From the NCBI GenBank assembly GCA_002423585.1, contig DIWS01000015.1:22743-46742 (forward strand): DNA of 24,000 nt, in the 5' to 3' direction. Under the pieces are notes generated by a model that saw nothing but the letters and a program-made list of their open reading frames with translations, was not told the origin of the DNA and did not search any database. The translations under genes were made by a program, and so were the position numbers. Below are positions 15,652-21,953 of this stretch, in pieces (position 1 is the stretch's first letter; every line of letters begins with the position of its first letter). Origin of the DNA: Actinobacteria bacterium UBA6100 (GTDB lineage Bacteria; Actinomycetota; Coriobacteriia; Anaerosomatales; Anaerosomataceae).

Positions 15652-15686
15652 CGAAGGGGGCGGTGCAACACGCACCGCCCCCTTCG
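15652..15686 (-). terminator. Very strong GC hairpin downstream of the heliorhodopsin gene (candidate intrinsic, I-shaped terminator)
   Basis: cgaagggggcggtgc (15652-15666) and gcaccgcccccttcg (15672-15686) form a 15-bp perfect stem with the 5-nt loop aacac. It lies 52 nt after the HeR stop. No U-tract is present on either strand. Confidence 0.5.
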
Positions 15687-15737
15687 GAGGCCTCTATCGT
15701 TGCGCGGGATACGCGGGTCTCGATCGTATGCCGCTGT

Positions 15738-16496
15738 CTACTGCGGGATGAGCACGTTCGCGAACACGAGCCAGGCCAGCAGCGACTTGGCGGCGAGGCT
15801 CAGGAACACATACGAGGACTCGCCGAACAGGTAGTCCTTCCACTTGCCCACCTGCTTGTACTGGAGGACCTGGTTGATGGCGAAGCTGTTGAAGAACACG
15901 AACATCGACGCGAAGATCCAGTACACGAACGTGGGGGTGAGATCGCTCGCGCCCGGTCCCCAGAGGTAGTCCGCGATCGCGAGCCACGGGAAGATCCCCG
16001 CGATGCTGCCGAAGATGAACGCTGTCCAGTCGGGCTTGCCCGGCTGCTCGTACTTCTCCATGAGCCAGCCGAACAGGATCATCGATGCGTTCACGCCGAA
16101 GATGGCTATGAGCGCGGCGATGTCGGTGATGCCCACGAGCGAGGAGATGAGCACGACCATCAGCGATGAGCTGAACGCGTACTCGACCCACCGGTAGTAG
16201 TTGTGGTTCTTCTTGAGCCCCTCGACGTACTTGGCGTAGGCCGGTCCGGCGATGATGAAGTGCGCCGTCGCGGAGAGGAACAGGAACAGCGCCACGCCGA
16301 GGCCGAGATCGTACTCGAAGTAGAGCTGCGGCTGGCTGAAGATCCCCGGACCCGGCCGGGTGTTCATCCACTGCGCCGTCACGGGGACGGCGTAGGCCTC
16401 AGAGAGCGCCACCATGGCCGCCCCCTGGAGCAGATGGAACAGGCCCATCACGATGTTGTAGATCCTGAGTCGTTTGAAGCGGCGATCGTCGTCCAT
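15738..16496 (-). CDS. Heliorhodopsin (retinal-binding 7-TM photoreceptor)
   Basis: The 252-aa protein is collinear with heliorhodopsin 48C12 as I recall it. Matching segments are GLFHLLQ, SATAHFII, NYYRWVEYAFSSSLMVVLI (counterion Glu), IAIFGVNASMILFGWLMEKY, FFNSFA and FLSLAAKSLLAW (Schiff-base Lys). A GGGAGGA SD lies 4 nt upstream of the ATG. Confidence 0.88.
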   Translation of the reverse strand: MDDDRRFKRLRIYNIVMGLFHLLQGAAMVALSEAYAVPVTAQWMNTRPGPGIFSQPQLYFEYDLGLGVALFLFLSATAHFIIAGPAYAKYVEGLKKNHNYYRWVEYAFSSSLMVVLISSLVGITDIAALIAIFGVNASMILFGWLMEKYEQPGKPDWTAFIFGSIAGIFPWLAIADYLWGPGASDLTPTFVYWIFASMFVFFNSFAINQVLQYKQVGKWKDYLFGESSYVFLSLAAKSLLAWLVFANVLIPQ

Positions 16497-16574
16497 GTCA
16501 TCCTCCCTCGGTGCTGTCGGTCGTGTGTCATATACCCCAGCAGGTATGTGGATAACACTCCTTCAGGAACGATC

Positions 16575-16994
16575 TTACGACCTTCTCGGCCAGTTCATCC
16601 AGGTGATCGAGAGTTGTAGGACCGTTGCCGTACTCACCCAGAGGAGATAGGGGAGCAGGGCGAGGCTGGCGAACCACGCGTACGGCCAGAGAGCGACCAT
16701 GCACCACACGATGGTGGCGAGCACCGCCAGGATGTCCGCGGCAGCCAGGCGCAAGCTCCTGAGGCCGAACTGGATCGGCGTGAAGGCGACGTTCGCGACC
16801 ACATTTAGCGTGATCGGGATGAGTACTCCGGCGGGCAGCGTGCCCTGCGCGACGCGGAACACCGAGTAGCCGAACACGACGATGATGATCGGGTACAGCA
16901 GCGACCAGATCGCGCCGATCGTGCTGCCCGCAGGCGTCCAGTCTGGTTTCCTCAGGCTTTCGTACCAGCCCCGCCACTCCCGGCGGTCACTCAT
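16575..16994 (-). CDS. tspO: TspO/MBR-family (tryptophan-rich sensory) protein, apparently lacking TM1
   Basis: WYESLRKPDWTPAGSTIGAIWSLLYP matches the TspO WYxxLxKPxWxPPxxxFxxVWxxLY loop and TM2. The C-terminal LLPYLLWVSTATVLQLSITWMN matches TM5. Only 4 hydrophobic helices are visible. The ATG at 16994 overlaps the upstream stop (ATGAGTGA). An alternative GTG lies at 17003. Confidence 0.75.
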   Translation of the reverse strand: MSDRREWRGWYESLRKPDWTPAGSTIGAIWSLLYPIIIVVFGYSVFRVAQGTLPAGVLIPITLNVVANVAFTPIQFGLRSLRLAAADILAVLATIVWCMVALWPYAWFASLALLPYLLWVSTATVLQLSITWMNWPRRS

Positions 16995-17418
16995 CGTGGC
17001 CACCGGGATCGCTCACGCGGCCGACAAGTAGCACGTATGCCGCCGCCATCACCAGCAGTCCCGAGCCGTCGAAGGCGATGAAGCGAGTGATGCTCCTGGC
17101 CAGGGTGTCATGTCCCGCGGGGAGGGTGCCCAGCAGCCATGCCTCGCCCACAAGGCCGATCGCCTGCTGTGCCAGGACGACCGCGAACAGTGCCCGATAT
17201 CGATCCGGCCGCCAGATCACGAGCGGATACGTGGCATTCCACATCATGAATGCGATGCCGAGTCCTCGCACGGCCGCTATGCCGGGCACGCCGTCGAGCT
17301 CGAAGCCGGTGGCGTACCGCTCGGGGGTCAGCAGGAACGCGAGCGCACACTGCACGTTGATCGCAAAGACCGCGGCTACGGCGATCCTGGCCACCCATCC
17401 GGTGATCTGTCCGCGCAT
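16987..17418 (-). CDS. Hypothetical 4-TM membrane protein (143 aa)
   Basis: Four hydrophobic segments are visible. A GGGAGG SD lies 6 nt upstream of the ATG at 17418. The gene is tightly packed between the TRIC-like and TspO genes. I recognise no family. Confidence 0.6.
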   Translation of the reverse strand: MRGQITGWVARIAVAAVFAINVQCALAFLLTPERYATGFELDGVPGIAAVRGLGIAFMMWNATYPLVIWRPDRYRALFAVVLAQQAIGLVGEAWLLGTLPAGHDTLARSITRFIAFDGSGLLVMAAAYVLLVGRVSDPGGHDE

Positions 17419-17430
17419 ATCGGCCTCCCG

Positions 17431-18249
17431 CTACCTGGTTGGACCGCGGCGGCGGCTGATGCGACGGGCCACGCCGAAGACAGCCGGCGACAGGTCGGGT
17501 GCCGGCTTCGTCTCCCACCTAAGCCATGCGGACAGACCCCGCACGGCGATCGCGAGAGCGACGGCGACCATGCCTGCCCACCCCTTGGTGATGTGCACAT
17601 AGTCGACCAGGAGTACGAAGAACGTCGCTGACGCCATGGCGGCCAGCCCGTAGAGCGTGCCCGGCTTGAGCAGCTTGGGCACGTCGCCGACGAGGATGTC
17701 ACGCAGCATCCCACCGCCCACCGCTGTGATCGTCCCGAGCATGATCGCGGGCAGAACGAGCAGGCCCGCCCTTAGTGCCTTGTCGGCGCCCACGATCGCA
17801 AACAGCCCGAGTGAGACCGCGTCCACCGCGAAGAGCACCGGTTTGAGGCGATGCACCACCTGCGTGAAGAAGTAGGCGAGCGCCGAGGCGAGGAGCGCGG
17901 TGAGCAGGTAGCTGCTCGAGGAGAAGGCTGCTACGCCGTGGTCGAGCAAGATCACGTCGCGGATGATGCCGCCGCCGAGTCCGGTGGTGATCCCGAGCGT
18001 TGCCATCCCCATGATGTCGAGCCTGTGATCGGCCGCGGCGAGACCTCCGAGCACGGCTCCGACGAACACGGCAGCGAGTTCGAGTGACAGGGGGACCGAG
18101 ACCTGCCCGGCGGTGGCGGGCAGCGTTGTGATCGCCGCGGAGGGCAGCATGCCTGCGGCGATGCTCGTGAGCGCCGACTCCACGGCGCCGGTCGTTTCCG
18201 CAGCAGCGGTGGCGGCCGTCGATACCAGTGCGAGCAGCGTGGCGTCCAT
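17431..18249 (-). CDS. TRIC/UPF0126 (YadS-like) trimeric cation channel family membrane protein
   Basis: The duplicated glycine motif TGLGGGIIRDVILL ... TAVGGGMLRDILVG is characteristic of UPF0126/TRIC. The start is uncertain. I chose the ATG at 18249 (MDATLLALV). The 75 upstream codons of the ORF-track version look non-coding. Confidence 0.75.
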   Translation of the reverse strand: MDATLLALVSTAATAAAETTGAVESALTSIAAGMLPSAAITTLPATAGQVSVPLSLELAAVFVGAVLGGLAAADHRLDIMGMATLGITTGLGGGIIRDVILLDHGVAAFSSSSYLLTALLASALAYFFTQVVHRLKPVLFAVDAVSLGLFAIVGADKALRAGLLVLPAIMLGTITAVGGGMLRDILVGDVPKLLKPGTLYGLAAMASATFFVLLVDYVHITKGWAGMVAVALAIAVRGLSAWLRWETKPAPDLSPAVFGVARRISRRRGPTR

Positions 18250-18412
18250 GAGCCGAATCGTAGCACCTGGTGGCCGGTGCCAGCGCACGCTCCGCCCGAG
18301 CTCAAGCGAACCCCCGGTTGTGACGACACTCAGGGTGGAGCACCTGATCATCGGCGCATGGTAGTCTGCGTAGTGCGAATCGACCGCGGGGAACGTTCGG
18401 AGGTCTCTGACT

Positions 18413-19885
18413 GTGAGCAAGATCCTGTTAGTGGTGCCCCCGTACCATTGCTGGGGCGTCCAGATCATCGGCACGTGGCCGCCGCTCCAGCTGGCGTACG
18501 TGGGTTCGTCGGCGGAGAAGGCCGGCTATGAGGCACGGATCTACGATGCGATGAGCAAGGACCGCACGTTCGACGACATCCGCGCCGAGATCGAGCGTTT
18601 CAAGCCTGACGTGGTGATGGCGTTCGACTACCTGCCGGTGACGGGGTCCATCAGTACCGCCAGTGTGCCGGGAGCACTCAAGGCCCTGGCGATCGCCAAG
18701 GAGGTCGACCCCGGCGTGGTGACTATGATCGGGGGCCCGCTGCCGACCTCGCTGCCCGCACAGATCCTCGGCGATCCCGCCAACCGCGTCGACTATGTGC
18801 TTCGAGGTGAGATGGACGAGACCGCCGAGGAGCTTCTGCGCAGGCTTGCGGAGGGTTCGTCTGTCGACGACGTGCAGGGCATCGCGTTCGTGCGCGACGG
18901 GGAGATCGTCATGACCCCGCTTCGGCCGCACATCGCAGACCTCGACCCCATCACGCCCGCGTGGCATCTGCTCGAATGGGATGCGTACCACTACAACATC
19001 GAGCCATGGGGCCGCATGGCCTCGATCCTCGGCTCGCGCGGCTGCATGATGGGCTGTTCGTTCTGCAGTCAGCGCGTCTTCTGGCGCGGCGACTGGCGCG
19101 CTCGGACCCCCGAGCGCGTGATCGAGGAGATCCGCGAACTCGTCGAGAAGTACCAAGTCGAGTTCATCACGATGATCGACCCGTATCCCACATGCGATCG
19201 CGAGCGATGGGAGCATCTGCTCGACCTGCTCATCGCCGAGGCGATGCCGGTGAAGATCCTCATGGAGACGCGCGTGGAGGACATCATCCGGGACGCGGAC
19301 ATCCTGCCGAAGTACCATGCGGCTGGCGTGATCCACCTCTATATGGGCCTTGAGGCGAGTAGCGACGAGATGCTCGACAGCTTCAACAAGGGCACCGATA
19401 TGAACCTGAACAAGCGCGCACTCGACCTCGCGCGCGAGAACGACCTGACCTCGGAGGCATCGTTCATGATCGGTTCTCCCAGCGAGACCTGGGAGTCCGT
19501 CGAACGGACGATCGAGGTGGCGATCCGCCTGAACCCCGACATCGCGGTCTTCCCCGTGATCACGCCGATGCCCGGTACGCCGATCCACGAAGAGTACAAG
19601 GATCGGATCCGCGTGACCGACTGGTCGCAGTACAACCTCGCCACACCGATCGTCGAGCCGCACGAGATGACGATCGACGAGGTGAACCAGGCGCTCGCGA
19701 AGTGCTACATGGAGTTCTACCGCCACAAGGCCAGGGAGGTGCTCGCGCTGCCCGACAGCTTCAAGCGGCGGTACATGCTGAGCGCCTTCAAGGAGATGAT
19801 GACGGGCTACAGCGATCAATTCACCGCGCTCGGCATCACGCTGCCGATGCTGCCCGACGGCATGCTTGCCCCGCACCAGAAGTGA
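18413..19885 (+). CDS. B12-binding-domain radical SAM protein (class B-like)
   Basis: The N-terminus shows a Rossmann-like cobalamin-binding layout (KILLVVPPYH...LQLAYVGSSAEKAGYEARIYD). The radical SAM cluster motif is GCMMGCSFC (CxxxCxxC). The start is a GTG with a GGAGG SD 9 nt upstream. Confidence 0.85.
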   Translation: MSKILLVVPPYHCWGVQIIGTWPPLQLAYVGSSAEKAGYEARIYDAMSKDRTFDDIRAEIERFKPDVVMAFDYLPVTGSISTASVPGALKALAIAKEVDPGVVTMIGGPLPTSLPAQILGDPANRVDYVLRGEMDETAEELLRRLAEGSSVDDVQGIAFVRDGEIVMTPLRPHIADLDPITPAWHLLEWDAYHYNIEPWGRMASILGSRGCMMGCSFCSQRVFWRGDWRARTPERVIEEIRELVEKYQVEFITMIDPYPTCDRERWEHLLDLLIAEAMPVKILMETRVEDIIRDADILPKYHAAGVIHLYMGLEASSDEMLDSFNKGTDMNLNKRALDLARENDLTSEASFMIGSPSETWESVERTIEVAIRLNPDIAVFPVITPMPGTPIHEEYKDRIRVTDWSQYNLATPIVEPHEMTIDEVNQALAKCYMEFYRHKAREVLALPDSFKRRYMLSAFKEMMTGYSDQFTALGITLPMLPDGMLAPHQK

Positions 19886-20706
19886 TGGACGATCGCGAGC
19901 GTATAGCCGCCAACCGCGAACTGTGGCAGCGCTGGACCGCGCTCCACGTACCTTCGGACTTCTACGACGCCGAGGGTTTCATCGCCGATCCTTCCGCGCG
20001 TCCGTTCGACCGTATCGTCGGCGAACTTGTCGGGGATGTGCGCGGCATGCGGGCCCTGCACCTTCAGTGCCACTTCGGCATGGACACGGTGCGCCTGGCG
20101 CTCCGGGGCGCGGAGGCAACCGGGCTCGACTTCTCGAGTGAGGCGATCGCAGCGGCGCGCGAGCTGTCCGCACGGATGGGCGTCCCGGTGACCTTCATCG
20201 AGGGCGATGTCACCGATCCGCCGGCCGAGTTGCCGGAAGGCGTGTTCGACCTGGTCTTCACCTCGTACGGCACCATCTCGTGGTTCCCGGACCTCGGGCC
20301 ATGGGCGCGGACGATCGCGAGCCGGCTGGCGCCGGGCGGGGCCTTCAAGATCGCCGATAGCCATCCGACCACCTGGATCTTCGACGACGAGGCCGAGGAT
20401 CCGACGCTGCGCGTGCGGTACTCGTACTTCATGCGCGAGGCGTTGCCATGGGACGAACACGGCTCGTATGCGGTCCCGCTCGACGAGCACATCGGAACGT
20501 CCCACTCCTGGCAGCACACCTTCGAGGACATCATCGGTGCGCTCACCGGTGCGGGGCTTGTGATCGAGGAGCTCCGTGAGTTCCCGCTTCTGGCCTGGAA
20601 GTACACACCCGGCATGGTCGAGCGTGAGCCCGGGCTCTTCGGCCTGCCGGACGATCAGCCCGAAGTGCCGCTCATGTTCACGCTCACGGCCCGCAAACCG
20701 CGTTAG
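19885..20706 (+). CDS. Class I SAM-dependent methyltransferase
   Basis: MDDRERIAANRELWQRW...ALHLQCHFGMDTVRLA (a motif I variant)...DLVFTSYGTISWFPDL...LAPGGAFKIADSHP. The ATG overlaps the radical SAM stop (TGATG). The ORF-track start at 19702 lies inside the upstream gene. Confidence 0.8.
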   Translation: MDDRERIAANRELWQRWTALHVPSDFYDAEGFIADPSARPFDRIVGELVGDVRGMRALHLQCHFGMDTVRLALRGAEATGLDFSSEAIAAARELSARMGVPVTFIEGDVTDPPAELPEGVFDLVFTSYGTISWFPDLGPWARTIASRLAPGGAFKIADSHPTTWIFDDEAEDPTLRVRYSYFMREALPWDEHGSYAVPLDEHIGTSHSWQHTFEDIIGALTGAGLVIEELREFPLLAWKYTPGMVEREPGLFGLPDDQPEVPLMFTLTARKPR

Positions 20707-20713
20707 CCCTCGG

Positions 20714-20893
20714 TCAGATCCACCAGCGCTGCGTCGCGTTCTTCATCACCGATGCGATGCCGTTCTCCATCGTCGTAGTGGATGCGCAGATCTGGCCGCG
20801 ACCGATCTCCTGGCCGTTGCTCGCGTTCAGCACGAAGCACGGGCGACCGTCCTCGGCAAGTGGTGCTGCTTCTTCACATACCCCGAGGATGCT
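20714..20893 (-). pseudogene. YegP/DUF1508-like single-domain ORF without a canonical in-frame start codon (possible pseudogene or sequence error)
   Basis: The stop-to-stop frame translates SILGVCEEAAPLAEDGRPCFVLNASNGQEIGRGQICASTTTMENGIASVMKNATQRWWI*. The F-VL-A-NGQ-I...GIASV-KNA pattern matches the YegP repeat (E. coli: FRFVLKAGNGETILTSELYTSKTSAEKGIASVRSN, recalled from memory). The only nearby ATG (plus 20878-20880) is out of frame by one base (ATG-TGA). A GTG at 20875-20877 is also out of frame. Confidence 0.4.
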
Positions 20894-20921
20894 TCAAGCA
20901 CAAGCGTCGATCACCGATTGG

Positions 20922-20952
20922 ATATCGGCAGCACGGCATCTTGTGCCGATAT
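20922..20952. promoter_or_regulatory. Inverted repeat in the divergent intergenic region between the YegP-like ORF and the PhnD-like gene (candidate operator)
   Basis: atatcggca (20922-20930) and tgccgatat (20944-20952) form 9-bp perfect arms separated by 13 nt, inside a relatively AT-rich stretch. Confidence 0.3.
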
Positions 20953-20992
20953 GTAACAATGAAGATACCGTTCGGTCTGGGCGGGGGGCTTC

Positions 20993-21937
20993 GTGAATCG
21001 GCGCGTGCTGCTCATCATCGCTGTACTCATCCTCACGGCGGCAGCTGCCGCTTCTTCTTCGGTGATATGTGACCGGCAGGACGTTCTTGAGGTCTCGCTT
21101 GCGGAGCCCGGGGGGGTGCCGGCACAGACGACTCCCGAAGCAGAGCCGCTGAGAATCGCCGTGGCAGCTATGACATCGCCGAAGAGCACCTTCGAGCACT
21201 ACCGGGACATCCTCAACTACATCGGCCACCAGACCGGCAGATCGGTCGAACTCGTTCAGCGGGAGACCTCCCTGGAGATCAACGACCTTATCGAGCAAGG
21301 CCAGATCGACATGGCCTTTGTAAGCGCCGGGGCGTATATCGAGGGTCACGACGAGTTCGGTATGGAGATCCTGGCCGCTCCTGTGGTCTACGGGGAGCCG
21401 GTCTTCTACTCGTACACGATCGTTGATGCGGACAGCACCGCGACCAGCCTCGCCGACCTCAGGGGAGCGGCATTCGCCTTCACGGACCCGATTTCCAACA
21501 CCGGGACGCTCGTCCCGACCTATGAGCTCGGCCAGATGAATGAGACGCCGGACACGTTCTTCAGCGATTACATCTATACGTACAGTCACGACTGGTCGAT
21601 CGAGGCGGTGGCAGACGGTCTCGTGGACGGCGCGGCGGTGGACAGCCTGGTCTACGACTACATGGAAGCCACCGGCGATCCGGTGATCGAGAAGACTCGC
21701 GTGTTGACGAAGTCGGGGCCTTACGGGATCCGTCCGGTCGTCGTGAACCCGGACATCGATCCGGAGTTGAAGCGGCAGCTGCGCTCGATACTGCTTGAGA
21801 TGCACGAGGATCCGGAGGGGCGAGCCATCCTTGCCGCGATCAAGATCGACCGTTTCGAAGTCATAGGCGACAGCGCGTACGACGCGATTCGTGAGATGCA
21901 GGCGTGGATGGATGAACATGTCGCTGTCAACGACTAG
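20993..21937 (+). CDS. PhnD-like (phosphate/phosphonate ABC-type) periplasmic substrate-binding protein, probably a sensor accessory
   Basis: The N-terminal signal or anchor is MNRRVLLIIAVLILTAAAAA. LRIAVAAMTSPKSTFEHYRDILNYI, IDMAFVSAGAYI, FAFTDPISNTGTLVP and HDWSIEAVADGLVDGAAVDS fit the PhnD/PBP type-2 pattern. The start is GTG. Confidence 0.7.
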   Translation: MNRRVLLIIAVLILTAAAAASSSVICDRQDVLEVSLAEPGGVPAQTTPEAEPLRIAVAAMTSPKSTFEHYRDILNYIGHQTGRSVELVQRETSLEINDLIEQGQIDMAFVSAGAYIEGHDEFGMEILAAPVVYGEPVFYSYTIVDADSTATSLADLRGAAFAFTDPISNTGTLVPTYELGQMNETPDTFFSDYIYTYSHDWSIEAVADGLVDGAAVDSLVYDYMEATGDPVIEKTRVLTKSGPYGIRPVVVNPDIDPELKRQLRSILLEMHEDPEGRAILAAIKIDRFEVIGDSAYDAIREMQAWMDEHVAVND

Positions 21938-21953
21938 GCCTTCCCGGGGCCCG

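Noticed and set aside
15434-15671. A small ORF (71 aa), and the N-terminal extension of the prenyltransferase ORF, in the HeR-UbiA spacer
   Set aside because: Both have Arg/Pro/Ser-rich non-coding-like sequence and no SD. The extension's start codon lies inside the loop of the 15-bp hairpin. The GTG at 15479, just before the first TM helix, is the more plausible start.
16497-16574. Promoter or operator call in the TspO-HeR spacer (TATATG-like -10, short ATACC/GGTAT inverted repeat)
   Set aside because: No acceptable -35 exists at 16-18 nt spacing, and the inverted repeat has only 5-bp arms. This is too weak to report as a feature, and I note only that the spacer is AT-richer than its surroundings.
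16987-17003. A frameshift that splits an originally fused 8-TM TspO gene
   Set aside because: The ATGAGTGA overlap is a standard translational-coupling junction. I see no sequence homology between the upstream protein's last helix and TspO TM1. It is retained only as a hypothesis in the findings and is not called a pseudogene.
18250-18412. Possible cobalamin riboswitch upstream of the B12-binding radical SAM gene
   Set aside because: I looked for the B12 box and the conserved core. The only resemblance is GTCAGAGACCTCC on the minus strand, which is merely the complement of the radical SAM SD region and lies at the wrong end of the leader. The 163-nt spacer is also short for this riboswitch class.
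18428-19876. 482-aa ORF antisense to the radical SAM gene
   Set aside because: The plus-strand frame has the CxxxCxxC motif and a B12-binding-like N-terminus. The antisense product is Arg/His/Asp/Leu-rich with no motif.
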